A stretch of 64,000 nt of DNA from Patescibacteria group bacterium (GTDB taxonomy: Bacteria; Patescibacteriota; Minisyncoccia; CAIUEV01; JAHKAQ01): assembly GCA_034716235.1 (NCBI GenBank), contig JAYEHH010000037.1, positions 566 to 64,565 on the forward strand, given 5' to 3'. The notes beneath the pieces are model-generated. The model was not told the origin of the DNA, searched no databases, and saw only the letters and a program-made list of their open reading frames with translations. The position numbers and the translations under genes were made by a program. Position 1 is the first letter of the stretch. Every line of letters begins with the position of its first letter. Below are positions 10,609 to 20,161 of the stretch, in pieces.

Positions 10609-11026
10609 GAAAACACCGTCAAAAAAATTGGTTAATGACTTGGAAACAAAACCGGTAAAAGCTGGTAAGACAAATCCTGTTTCTAAATCCAAGAAAGTTT
10701 TAGCTAAAAAAAAGACTAAAGCTAAATTGGAATACAAGCGGCCTAAATTGAAATTTGAAAGAATCAATACGGATCCATCAGAAAAGAAAGTTGAGATTAA
10801 GAAAAAAATTCAAGGTGTGGTTGTTTCAGATAAAATGGATAAAACGGTGGTAGTTTCTGTGGTTGGGATTAAGGTTCATTCTAAATACCACAAAAGGTAT
10901 AAAAGGAACAAGCGTTATAAAGTCCATGATCCAGAGAATAAATATAAGATTGGGGATGAAGTGGTATTTTCACCATCTAAGCCTTATAGTAAAGGGAAGA
11001 AGTGGGAGGTAGTAGAAAGTTCATAA
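10598..11026 (+). CDS. rpsQ: 30S ribosomal protein S17 with Lys-rich N-terminal extension
   Basis: GVVVSDKMDKTVVV, HDPEN, PYSKGKKW. Confidence 0.94.
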   Translation: MISKKTPSKKLVNDLETKPVKAGKTNPVSKSKKVLAKKKTKAKLEYKRPKLKFERINTDPSEKKVEIKKKIQGVVVSDKMDKTVVVSVVGIKVHSKYHKRYKRNKRYKVHDPENKYKIGDEVVFSPSKPYSKGKKWEVVESS

Positions 11027-11044
11027 AGTTATAAAGTTATAAAG

Positions 11045-11410
11045 ATGATTCAACCAGAGACAAAATTAAAGGTAGCCGATAATAGTGGAGCTAAAATGAT
11101 TAAGTGTTTTCGTGTCCTAGGAGGAACCAGGAAGCGTTATGCTAGATTGGGAGAAATTATTGTCGCCTCGGTAAAGGAAGCTGAGCCAAGAGCTTCAGTT
11201 AAGAAAAAAGAAGTGGTTAGAGCAGTTATTGTTAGGCAGAAATCTCCTCACCGCAGAGCAGACGGTACCTATATTCGTTTTGACGAAAACGCTGCCATTA
11301 TATTAGACGGAGAAGAAATGAAAGCTACTAGGGTGTCTGGTCCTATTGCTCGGGAGATACGAGAGAAAGGATTTAAGAAGATTATATCTTTAGCTCCAGA
11401 AGTTTTATAA
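11045..11410 (+). CDS. rplN: 50S ribosomal protein L14
   Basis: MIQ...[24 protein letters not shown]. Confidence 0.98.
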   Translation: MIQPETKLKVADNSGAKMIKCFRVLGGTRKRYARLGEIIVASVKEAEPRASVKKKEVVRAVIVRQKSPHRRADGTYIRFDENAAIILDGEEMKATRVSGPIAREIREKGFKKIISLAPEVL

Positions 11411-11418
11411 AAATTTTT

Positions 11419-11727
11419 ATGAAGATCAAAAAAGACGACAATGTTATAATAATTTCTGGCAAAGATAAAGGATTTAAAGGGAAGATTGTTCAGATTGATA
11501 ACAAAAAAGACCGAGTAGTAGTTGATGGTGCCAACTTAATTAAAAAGCATATTAAGTCCTCTAAAAAAGGGGAAAAAGGGCAACGAGTTGAAATACCAGC
11601 TCCTCTGCATATTTCTAATGTTCAACTTTATTGTGATAATTGTAAAAAGGGAGTGAAGGTTAGTTTTGCTAAACAAGAAGATGGATCTAAAAAAAGAATT
11701 TGTAAAAAATGTAATCATGAAATCTAA
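11419..11727 (+). CDS. rplX: 50S ribosomal protein L24
   Basis: KOW motif IISGKDKG, PLHISNV. Confidence 0.96.
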   Translation: MKIKKDDNVIIISGKDKGFKGKIVQIDNKKDRVVVDGANLIKKHIKSSKKGEKGQRVEIPAPLHISNVQLYCDNCKKGVKVSFAKQEDGSKKRICKKCNHEI

Positions 11728-12499
11728 GAGCCAAGCGAAAAAAACTTTAAATAAAGATAAGAAAGTTTCAAACAAGAAACCGGATTCTATTAAAAGAAAA
11801 CCGGCAATAAAAGTAACGAAAAAAGCGAAAGCGATAAAGAAAAAAAAGAATGTTCCAGGCAAAGGGTTGCAGGCGAGCAATGTATATATCAAATATATCT
11901 CAAAAGTATTGCCTGAAATGATGAAGAAGTTTAAATACAAAAGCCCAATGGCGGTGCCTCGGTTAGAAAAAATTGTAGTGAACACAGGAATTGGTCCTTG
12001 GGTGGATAAAAAAGAAGAAGTAAGGGCTGAGATAAAAAAAGACTTAGGAATGATTTGCGGACAAAGACCAGCTCCTACTAGAGCTAGAAAAGCAATCGCT
12101 GGATTTAATATAAGAGAGGGGCAAGAAGTAGGAATGAAAGTTGTTTTAAGAGGGATTAGGATGTATGATTTTCTAGAAAGATTAATTACGGAAGCTCTTC
12201 CCAGAATTAGGGATTTTAGAGGTATCCCAGAGAAAAGTTTTGGAGAAAAAGGAGAACTGAGTTTTGGAATAAAGGAACATATTTCCTTCGCAGAAATTAA
12301 CAGTGAAGATACAGAGAACATTTTTAGTTTAGAGGTAAGTATTGTAAGTACTAGCACTAATAAGCAAGAAGGAGTAGAGTTATTAAAATTACTAGGATTT
12401 CCGATTAGAAGCGATGAAGAAGCGGGCGTGATGGAGAAAATAGAGCCAGACGCAAAAGACTCTAAAAAGGATAAAACGGGGAAGGCAAAGAAGTCTTAG
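11717..12499 (+). CDS. rplE: 50S ribosomal protein L5 with basic N- and C-terminal extensions
   Basis: VPRLEKIVVNTG, LPRIRDFRG; start placed at ATG 11717, overlapping the end of rplX. Confidence 0.94.
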   Translation: MKSKSQAKKTLNKDKKVSNKKPDSIKRKPAIKVTKKAKAIKKKKNVPGKGLQASNVYIKYISKVLPEMMKKFKYKSPMAVPRLEKIVVNTGIGPWVDKKEEVRAEIKKDLGMICGQRPAPTRARKAIAGFNIREGQEVGMKVVLRGIRMYDFLERLITEALPRIRDFRGIPEKSFGEKGELSFGIKEHISFAEINSEDTENIFSLEVSIVSTSTNKQEGVELLKLLGFPIRSDEEAGVMEKIEPDAKDSKKDKTGKAKKS

Positions 12500-12559
12500 G
12501 GTTGCTTTGAACTTATTTAAAGAGTAAGATTTAACATTATCTTTAACTTGTAGGATTTT

Positions 12560-12745
12560 ATGGCAAGACAGGCTTTAATTGAAAAAGCGAAGAAAACACC
12601 TAAATTTAGCACTAGAAAAGTTAGTCGTTGTTTTAGGTGTGGAAGAAATAGAGGATATTTAAGAAAATTTGGGCTTTGTCGTATTTGCTTTAGAGAATTA
12701 GCAGAACAAGGAAAAATTCCAGGGGTGAAAAAAGCCTCTTGGTAA
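12560..12745 (+). CDS. rpsZ: 30S ribosomal protein S14, zinc-binding type Z
   Basis: 61 aa with CxxC...CxxC (CFRCG, CRIC). Confidence 0.96.
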   Translation: MARQALIEKAKKTPKFSTRKVSRCFRCGRNRGYLRKFGLCRICFRELAEQGKIPGVKKASW

Positions 12746-12769
12746 TTATTAAATAACTTATTCTAACCA

Positions 12770-13159
12770 ATGGATCCAGTCGCTGATATGTTTAGTGGGA
12801 TTAAAAATGCTCAAGCAAGAAAACATTCCGAAGCAGTTTTCCCTTATTCAAATTTAAAATTTGAAATAGCCAAGCTTTTAAAGGCAGAAGGTTATTTGGA
12901 AAATGTTAAAAAGATTAGTAATGGAGATAACAAGTTTAATTTAAAACTAGCTTTAGGTTATGATGACAATGAAGCTAAGATAACCGATATTAAAAGAGTT
13001 TCCAAACCCGGTTGTCGTGTTTATAAAAATCATCGGCAAATCAAAAAAGTTTTAAACGGAGTGGGCATGGCTGTTATTTCAACTTCTCATGGAATTTTAA
13101 CGGATGATCAAGCCAGAAGGAAGAAAATAGGCGGAGAAATAATTTGTGAAATTTATTAA
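12770..13159 (+). CDS. rpsH: 30S ribosomal protein S8
   Basis: DPVADM, SKPGCRVY, ISTSHG, GGE. Confidence 0.97.
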   Translation: MDPVADMFSGIKNAQARKHSEAVFPYSNLKFEIAKLLKAEGYLENVKKISNGDNKFNLKLALGYDDNEAKITDIKRVSKPGCRVYKNHRQIKKVLNGVGMAVISTSHGILTDDQARRKKIGGEIICEIY

Positions 13160-13161
13160 TT

Positions 13162-13710
13162 ATGTCAAGAATAGGTAGAAAGCAAATTAAAGTGCCCGAT
13201 TCAGTTGAAATAAAATTGGATAAAGGCAAGATTGAAGTTAAGGGTCCAAAGGGTGAGCTGAAGTTTGATATCCATAAAAACATTAAAGTTTCTCAGGAAG
13301 CTAATTTTATTATTGTTGAGCCAAAGAATATTGAAAAGCCGGGCAGTAGAGCTCTCTGGGGTACCGTTAGAATGTTAATTGCCAATATGATTAAAGGGGT
13401 AACGGATGGTTACGAGAAAAAATTAGAATTGCAGGGTACCGGTTATAAAGTTGCAGTTTCAGGGAAAAAATTAACTATGGAATTGGGGTTTTCTCATCCG
13501 GTTGAAATTGAAGCCCCGGAGGGGATTGAATTTTTAGTGGAAAAGAATATCATTACTGTTTCAGGCATTGATAAGCAATTGGTAGGAGAGATGGCAGCTC
13601 AAATAAGATTAAAGAAAAGGCCGGAACCGTATAAGGGGAAAGGTATTAGATATGTTGGTGAATATGTCCGTCGCAAAACAGGTAAAAAAGTGGTTGGGGA
13701 AGACGAATAA
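13162..13710 (+). CDS. rplF: 50S ribosomal protein L6
   Basis: MSRIG, GPKGEL, PEPYKGKGIRY. Confidence 0.98.
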   Translation: MSRIGRKQIKVPDSVEIKLDKGKIEVKGPKGELKFDIHKNIKVSQEANFIIVEPKNIEKPGSRALWGTVRMLIANMIKGVTDGYEKKLELQGTGYKVAVSGKKLTMELGFSHPVEIEAPEGIEFLVEKNIITVSGIDKQLVGEMAAQIRLKKRPEPYKGKGIRYVGEYVRRKTGKKVVGEDE

Positions 13711-13725
13711 TAATAAAGATTATTT

Positions 13726-14079
13726 ATGCATTTATTAAGTAGAGAAATTGCTAGAAAGCAGAGGAAAAAAAGGATTCAGGTCAAGGGGACTAAAGATGTC
13801 CCTCGCCTTTCTGTTTATAGAAGCAATAAGAGAGTGTATCTTCAGCTTATAAATGATGATACTCAAAAAACTCTACAAGGAGTAAGAGGTGAAATTTATG
13901 CTAAAGGTTCGCAAGGAATCGCAATGGCTTTTCAAGCAGGAGAAAAAATTGGAAAATTGGCAGTGAAAGCTAAAATAGAAAGAGCGGTGTTTGATCGAGG
14001 TGGGTATAAATTTCACGGACAGATTAAAGCAGTTCATGAAGGTGCTTTAAAGGGTGGACTTAAATTTTCAAAAGCATAA
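13726..14079 (+). CDS. rplR: 50S ribosomal protein L18
   Basis: PRLSVYRSN, VFDRGGYKFHG. Confidence 0.96.
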   Translation: MHLLSREIARKQRKKRIQVKGTKDVPRLSVYRSNKRVYLQLINDDTQKTLQGVRGEIYAKGSQGIAMAFQAGEKIGKLAVKAKIERAVFDRGGYKFHGQIKAVHEGALKGGLKFSKA

Positions 14080-14103
14080 CAATAAATTAAGTTTTTATAA
14101 TTT

Positions 14104-14628
14104 ATGAGAGAAACACGCAGGAACCAAAACCATGAATTTGAACAAAAGCTTTTAGATTTAGCTAGAGTAACTCGAGTTGTTAGAGGAGGGCGTCGTTTTC
14201 GTTTTAGAGCGACTATGGCCATTGGGAATAGAAGGGGGAAGGTTGGTATTGGAGTAGCTAAAGGAGCAGATGTAAGCAGTGCGATATCTAAAGCTTTCAA
14301 TAAAGCTAAGAAATCAATTGTTCAAGTTAAAATCTATCAAGGCACCATTCCGCATGCTGTAAAATGTAAATTTAAAAGTGCGCGAGTGCTTTTAAAGCCG
14401 GCCAAGAAAGGACGAGGCATTGTAGTTGGGGGGGCGGTAAGGTCTATTGTGGAATTAGCTGGAATTAGTGATATGTCAGCTAAAATTTTAAAAAGAGGAA
14501 ATAAGGTGAATAATGCCATGGCAGCCCTTAAAGGATTAGCTTCTTTAAAAGATTTTAGTAAGGGCAGACAACATTTAAATAGTAGTAATAAGCAAAATGC
14601 AGATTCACGAGTTAAGACCCAAAAATAA
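14104..14628 (+). CDS. rpsE: 30S ribosomal protein S5
   Basis: RVTRVVRGGRRFRF, GTIPH, VLLKPA. Confidence 0.97.
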   Translation: MRETRRNQNHEFEQKLLDLARVTRVVRGGRRFRFRATMAIGNRRGKVGIGVAKGADVSSAISKAFNKAKKSIVQVKIYQGTIPHAVKCKFKSARVLLKPAKKGRGIVVGGAVRSIVELAGISDMSAKILKRGNKVNNAMAALKGLASLKDFSKGRQHLNSSNKQNADSRVKTQK

Positions 14629-15052
14629 GTCTAAGAAAAAGAAAAGAATTGGTCGAGGTGGTAAAAGAGGAACCTATAGTGGTAAAGGTTTAAAAGGCCA
14701 GAAAGCTAGGAGTGGGACAGGAGGAACCAATATTACCGAAAAAGGACGATCTTCTTGGATTAAAAGATTCCCAAAATTGGGAGGTTTTAAGGCTACTCGT
14801 CTTGAAAACTTAGTTGTTAAAAGTAGCGTTATTTCTAAAATGTTTAAAGATGGAGAAACGGTTGACCCTCAAATTTTGCTTAAGAAAAATCTCATCAATA
14901 AACCCAAGAGAGGTGTGTCGGGAAAATTACAATTTGTAAAAATCTTGGATGATGGTCCGATTACTAAAAAATTAAATATCAAAGACTGCCTTACCTCTAA
15001 AGCAGTAAAAAAAATGGTAGAAAAAGCAGGTGGAAAGATAGAGAGAAAGTAG
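14597..15052 (+). CDS. rplO: 50S ribosomal protein L15
   Basis: RIGRGGKRGTYSGKGLKGQKARSG; overlaps rpsE with no rpmD between them. Confidence 0.96.
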   Translation: MQIHELRPKNKSKKKKRIGRGGKRGTYSGKGLKGQKARSGTGGTNITEKGRSSWIKRFPKLGGFKATRLENLVVKSSVISKMFKDGETVDPQILLKKNLINKPKRGVSGKLQFVKILDDGPITKKLNIKDCLTSKAVKKMVEKAGGKIERK

Positions 15053-15158
15053 AAAGCAATTACCAGTATAAAGTAGAAAGTTCATAAAGTTGAAAGTAGG
15101 AACTTGATAACTTTACAAACTTTACAAACTTTTTACTTTACAAACTTGACAACCTTCC
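15046..15158. repeat. Inverted AAAGT(T) / AACTTT(ACA) tandem arrays
   Basis: AAAGTAG/AAAGTT units after the rplO stop, then AACTTTACA units up to ATG 15159. Confidence 0.8.
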
Positions 15159-15974
15159 ATGCCTTTCTGTTACTTCAATAAAAAAATTATTTCTGAGAAA
15201 AAAGCGAGTGTCTCCTTGAGAGATTTAGGATTGCTTCGTGGTTACGGAGTTTTTGAGGTTTTAACATCTCATCAGCAAGAGTTATTTCTTTTTAAAGAGC
15301 ATTTTAAACGTTTACAGAATTCTGCCAAAGAGCTGAGACTCAAACTACCTGTTTCAGAAAAAAAATTAGAGCTTTTAATAAGGAAATTGCTTGTAAAAAA
15401 TAAATTAGCAGAGGCTAGCATTAGGATTGTTTTAACGGGTGGAGTTTCTCAAGATGGAATTACTTTAGGGAAGAAGCCCACTCTTTTTATTTTGGTTAAT
15501 AAAATTCATAGATTCAAAAAATCAAATTATCTTCAAGGGGTAAAGTTAATGACCGTGGATTATCAGCGAGAAATTCCTCGAGCTAAAATTTCCAACTACA
15601 CCAAGGCCATTAAATTGCAAAAAGAAAAAGATAAAAGAGGAGCAATTGAAATTCTGTATACTCACCAAGGTTTAGTTTTAGAAGCATCAACCAGTAGCTT
15701 CTTTATTTTTAAGGGAAACACCCTGATTACTCCCAAGAATAATATCCTGTTAGGCACTGTCAGGGGTTTTATTTTAAAAATTGCTCGGCAAAAATTTAAA
15801 ATTCAGGAAAGAGATTTGCGGTTGGAAGAATTAAAAAAAGCCGACGAGGCCTTTCTCACTGCGACAATTAAAGAAATAATGCCGGTTGTGAAAGTGGATA
15901 ATTTTAATATTGGTGATGGAAAAGTAGGAGAGAATACCAAATGGTTAATGGAGGAATTTAAAAAGAAACAATAA
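15159..15974 (+). CDS. PLP-dependent aminotransferase class IV (D-amino-acid/branched-chain type)
   Basis: GYGVFE, HFKRL, EASTSSFF, ILLGTVR, ADEAFLT. Confidence 0.9.
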   Translation: MPFCYFNKKIISEKKASVSLRDLGLLRGYGVFEVLTSHQQELFLFKEHFKRLQNSAKELRLKLPVSEKKLELLIRKLLVKNKLAEASIRIVLTGGVSQDGITLGKKPTLFILVNKIHRFKKSNYLQGVKLMTVDYQREIPRAKISNYTKAIKLQKEKDKRGAIEILYTHQGLVLEASTSSFFIFKGNTLITPKNNILLGTVRGFILKIARQKFKIQERDLRLEELKKADEAFLTATIKEIMPVVKVDNFNIGDGKVGENTKWLMEEFKKKQ

Positions 15975-16094
15975 TATGTAAGATTCCCTAGCATTGTTTA
16001 TGTTTTTCATAATTCATCAACTAAAAATATTCAGAGGTGCTCAAGAAATATCTCATCTTATGCGGAGATAATCAAAGGGCGAGATTCTGTGCTT

Positions 16095-16910
16095 CTATTG
16101 TTTCTGTACTAAAATTATAACTTTTTCTCCTTCTAAAATCCTCTCTTTTTTGCCGGGGAAGTCATGAATACTCTCTAACAGATTTTTGTAAGAGTATTGA
16201 AACCCTTCACCTCTTTTGGTACCAGGGTCATTAGTGATAAAGCGTTGTTTTTTCTCGTCATAACCAGTAATTACTAGGGCGTGATATAGTGGTCCGGGTT
16301 GCTTGAAGTAAGGATTAGCCAAAACTCTGCCAGCTACTGGGACTATGATAATAGATCCCTGAGCAAGATATTTTTTTAAATCTTCTAAGAGATAATTTTG
16401 GACCAATTGATATTTGTCTCCATAAAATTCTTGGGCAAGAGTTATTATTTTTTGAGCATCTAAGTCTGTATGAGCTCCGTAATTTTTCTGCTGATAGGCA
16501 ACCATTTTTAAAATTTCAGCTTCTCCTTCCTGTTTAGATAATTTTTTCTCACCCAGTAAATAGTAATGCGCGATAATAATGGCAGCTTCTTCACAGGCCT
16601 CTCCATGGAGATGGTCCCAATTAGCAAAAGGAGCTTGAGGAATGAAAGGAACTGGATTGTTTATTTTTAAAGGGAGAGGATCTGTTGCCTCTGTTGTTTT
16701 TTTGTTTTTTTGGTTGCTTTCAATACTCGTATCTTTTTCTCCTGTAAGCTTGTCTAGCTGAGCAGTATTTTCTTTAATCTCTTTAAAGATTGGGAAATAG
16801 TCTTTAACTAAATTTGATTTCTGGAAAAAATAATAAAATAAACACCCTAAAACAAGAGTACAAACACTGGCGACTAGAACCCATTTAACACACGGTTTAA
16901 TTTTTCCCAT
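16095..16910 (-). CDS. Membrane-anchored C39-like cysteine peptidase
   Basis: N-terminal TM; VPFIPQAP..ACEEAA, HALVITGYD, NDPG. Confidence 0.8.
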   Translation of the reverse strand: MGKIKPCVKWVLVASVCTLVLGCLFYYFFQKSNLVKDYFPIFKEIKENTAQLDKLTGEKDTSIESNQKNKKTTEATDPLPLKINNPVPFIPQAPFANWDHLHGEACEEAAIIIAHYYLLGEKKLSKQEGEAEILKMVAYQQKNYGAHTDLDAQKIITLAQEFYGDKYQLVQNYLLEDLKKYLAQGSIIIVPVAGRVLANPYFKQPGPLYHALVITGYDEKKQRFITNDPGTKRGEGFQYSYKNLLESIHDFPGKKERILEGEKVIILVQKQ

Positions 16911-17065
16911 AGGAAATTTTAAAGATTTGTTCTTATTTTATAATTTTAGCTTACTTTTCGTCAAAGGAAAACACAGAAAACTGTCTTTGTTTAATTTATT
17001 TTTTCGATTGTTTTAATAAGTGGAGGAGTAGGGTAGATACAGGTTTGTAAAGTTATAAAGTGACT

Positions 17066-17548
17066 TGTCATTCCCGCGAAAGCGGGAATCCCGGGAAGCT
17101 ATAGAATCAAACATTAAATCATGAATAAAAACTATTACGTTTATATTGTAACCAATAATAAGAATAGTACTTTCTATATAGGTATCACTAACAATTTAGA
17201 ACGACGTGTCTATGGACATAAACAAGGGATAGTTAAAGGATTTACTAAACAGTATAATCTCAATAAATTAGTATATTTTGAAGAAACAGGAAATGTTATA
17301 TCTGCAATCTCAAGAGAGAAATGTTTAAAAAAATGGAATAGAAAGTGGAAGGTAGAACTTATTGAGAAAGAGAATCCAAAATGGGAAGATTTAACAAACA
17401 AGTTTCTTCTAAAGCATATCGAGATTCCCGCTTCGCTTGTCTAATGACAGGCAGGTGCCAAGGATAACAAAAGAATAGATTTCTTAATTGAAAATTATTA
17501 TAATGTTTTTAAAACGTACCGGGATTCCCGCTTTCGCGGGAATGACAG
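17066..17548. mobile_element. Palindrome-flanked GIY-YIG cassette
   Basis: TGTCATTCCCGC-GAAA-GCGGGAATC at 17066 and its inverted copy ending at 17548 bracket the nuclease gene. Confidence 0.75.
17121..17444 (+). CDS. Small GIY-YIG nuclease (Ssn/YhbQ-like)
   Basis: YYVYIV...FYIGITNNLERRVYGH, FTKQY, AISREK.LKKWNRKWK..LIE..NP.W. Confidence 0.92.
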   Translation: MNKNYYVYIVTNNKNSTFYIGITNNLERRVYGHKQGIVKGFTKQYNLNKLVYFEETGNVISAISREKCLKKWNRKWKVELIEKENPKWEDLTNKFLLKHIEIPASLV

Positions 17549-19812
17549 CAAATTTAACAACCTTCTTAACCTTCATAACTCTCACCCTCTTTTTCTTTCT
17601 CTTCCCTTTCTCCGTCAGAGCAACGGCGATTGATATTACGGAAAATACAACTTGGAATGAAGATCAAGTAGTGGAGGATAGGGTTATTGTCATGGGAGGA
17701 GCAACTTTAACCATTGAACCGGGAGTCCAAATTAAATTTAAGCCAGGAGGTAATTTAAGAATCTATGGAGATTTAATAGTGGAAGGAGAAAAGAATCAAC
17801 CGGTAATTTTCTTTAGAGAAAAACCTAAGCCAGAGGAAGAAAGGTGGATGTATTATTTAACCTTTGGAGCCGATTCTAATTCTGTCATCAAACATGCAAT
17901 CATTAAAGAGGCTGGTGGTTATTCTGACTCAGGCTCTCGAATGCCGGGAATGAAAATTAGGGGTAATTTAGAAATTTACGACAGTTTAATCACTCAAAAT
18001 TATTGGGCATTAGAAGTGAGAGACGATGGGCATTTAAAAATGAGAAATTCTGATATTTATGATAATCATACAACTTGGGGCGTAGAAGTATTGGGTCATT
18101 CTGCCGCCGCCGATATTGTTGATAATTATTGGGGAGATAATTCAGGCCCCTTTCATTCTTCTTTTAATAAATTGGCTACAGGAGAAAGAATCAATGGAGG
18201 CAATCTTGAATTTACACCCTGGGAAACAAGAGGTAAGAAGCCAATCATTCTAATCCCTGGATTTGGAGAATCTTTAAATTTCGGAAAGTTTTTTCAGAAT
18301 CAAGTAGGGAGATGGTGGCTTTTCCCGCCTACCAAATCAACCTCAGCCTTAAAAACTTTGCTAGAGGATGCTGGCTATGAAGATGAAGTAGATTTATTTG
18401 TTGGTTTTTATGACTGGCGGAAATCAATTCATCAAAATGCGACGGATTATTTAAAGCCAATTATAAATTTGGCTAAAGAAAAATCTGGTTTTAAAGAGGT
18501 GGACATTGTTGCTTTTAGTTTCGGTGGGCTTGTTTCCAGAAGCTATGTCCAAGGGAATTCTTTTGGGTTTGATGTAAATAATTTAATAACTTTAGGGACT
18601 CCCCATCAAGGAATTTCAAAAATTTACACTTTTGCAGCAGGCGGTCAGTTGCCAGCTGGCTGGAACCCCTTACTTTACATTTATCTCTGGTATGAACAAA
18701 TAGAGGAAGGTCAATCTGCCTTGGGTTATATCCAAAATTATTTACCATCCGTTTATGAGATAATGCCCACCTATGATTTCTTAAAAATGTCAGGGAGCTT
18801 GATTAATCATCAAGAAATGTCTATCACCAATAATATTTTGCAAGAGTTAAATAATGGAATTGGAGATTTACAAAATAGGGTAGATGCATTCTTTGTCGGA
18901 GGGACCGATCAACTAACCTTAGACAATATTCCAGTAAGACCACATCTACCAAACGATGGAGCATTTTGGCTGGACGGAGCTCCTGACCCAGCAAGACCAG
19001 TACCCAACAGTACTGAAGGAGATGCGACGGTCCTTACCAAAAGTGCTATTTGGGGAGTAGAAGATATTAAAAGCACTTTAATCCAGAGCCAGCATGAAGA
19101 TTTACCGTTAGAAGCAAAAACAGAAATTGAGAATATTTTAGACATTGATTTAGGAGAAACAAACTTTGATTTTAATTATTCGGAGGATTATCTTATTTTT
19201 TGCTTAGCTTCTCCTTTGGAAGTGGAAATCGTGGATCAGGCAGGGCATAGGCTTTCTCGGGAAATAAATGAAATTGAAAATGCTTATTTTTATGAAGAAG
19301 ATCCGTTGGGAAAAAAAATAATTTTAATTTATAATCCGGATACTGAATATTCAATGGAGGTTTCCGGGTTGGCGAACAGTGATTATAGAATTTTAGCAAT
19401 GTCAGCTGATGCTAATAGTGAAATAGTTTCTGCTGAAATTTCTGCAGAGATTGCTCTAGGAGAAAATGTTGAATATTGGGCAAGAAGAGTGGTGACTGAT
19501 ACCGAGGGAAATGAGCAGGGGGATGCGAATGAGTTAAAAATTGAAATTTATGAGAAAATCGTAGCTGACTATAAAGTGCTTGTTGGTCGAGTAAAAGATT
19601 TTTATAAAACTGGATTTTTGAAAAGTTGGGAGGTCAGACAGGAACTTTTAGAAAGAATACTGGCTAGCTATAATTTTTCAAAGAGAGATCAATTAGAAGA
19701 AGAGGGATTAATGATTGAAGATATAAAAGCAAAGGTTATTGAACTAGAAGTAAATGAGCTACTTGATTCCTCGAGTTCCCAATTGTTACTAGATGCCCTA
19801 GATGAGTTCTAA
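17542..19812 (+). CDS. Secreted protein: beta-helix-like N-terminal domain plus alpha/beta hydrolase (lipase/LCAT-like)
   Basis: Signal-like hydrophobic N-terminus; LTIEPGV, NYWGD; IILIPG, YDWR, AFSFGG nucleophile elbow, GTPHQG, GDATV. Start codon uncertain. Confidence 0.75.
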   Translation: MTANLTTFLTFITLTLFFFLFPFSVRATAIDITENTTWNEDQVVEDRVIVMGGATLTIEPGVQIKFKPGGNLRIYGDLIVEGEKNQPVIFFREKPKPEEERWMYYLTFGADSNSVIKHAIIKEAGGYSDSGSRMPGMKIRGNLEIYDSLITQNYWALEVRDDGHLKMRNSDIYDNHTTWGVEVLGHSAAADIVDNYWGDNSGPFHSSFNKLATGERINGGNLEFTPWETRGKKPIILIPGFGESLNFGKFFQNQVGRWWLFPPTKSTSALKTLLEDAGYEDEVDLFVGFYDWRKSIHQNATDYLKPIINLAKEKSGFKEVDIVAFSFGGLVSRSYVQGNSFGFDVNNLITLGTPHQGISKIYTFAAGGQLPAGWNPLLYIYLWYEQIEEGQSALGYIQNYLPSVYEIMPTYDFLKMSGSLINHQEMSITNNILQELNNGIGDLQNRVDAFFVGGTDQLTLDNIPVRPHLPNDGAFWLDGAPDPARPVPNSTEGDATVLTKSAIWGVEDIKSTLIQSQHEDLPLEAKTEIENILDIDLGETNFDFNYSEDYLIFCLASPLEVEIVDQAGHRLSREINEIENAYFYEEDPLGKKIILIYNPDTEYSMEVSGLANSDYRILAMSADANSEIVSAEISAEIALGENVEYWARRVVTDTEGNEQGDANELKIEIYEKIVADYKVLVGRVKDFYKTGFLKSWEVRQELLERILASYNFSKRDQLEEEGLMIEDIKAKVIELEVNELLDSSSSQLLLDALDEF

Positions 19813-19945
19813 ATTCAAGAATTTAGAACTCTTTTTATAAAAGTGATTTTTTATAAAAAATAGGTTACAATGTAAATATAATTTAACATAGTAGAAGTAG
19901 GGATATTCAAATAAACATTCATGGTCTTAAAAACCATTAAAGATT

Positions 19946-20161
19946 ATGCAAAAACCATATTACGAAAAACCAAATTTTAAATTATATAAAACAGATAGTT
20001 TAGAGTTTCTAGCACAATTACCAGAAAATTCTATTGATATGATTTTTGCCGATCCTCCCTATTTTCTTTCAAGTGGAAGTTTCACCTGCCACAATGGAAA
20101 AATGGTAAATGTAAAAAAGGGAGATTTTATAATTTTTCGACAAAAGAAACCATGCAATTAA
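19946..20161 (+). pseudogene. Truncated DpnA-like (M2.DpnII-type) adenine methyltransferase
   Basis: SIDMIFADPPYFLS..F...GKMV.V.KGD, then ends at 71 aa without the SAM-binding motif. Confidence 0.75.

Noticed and set aside
11536-12357. 273-aa minus-strand ORF
   Set aside because: Antisense shadow of rplX/rplE with no recognisable motifs.
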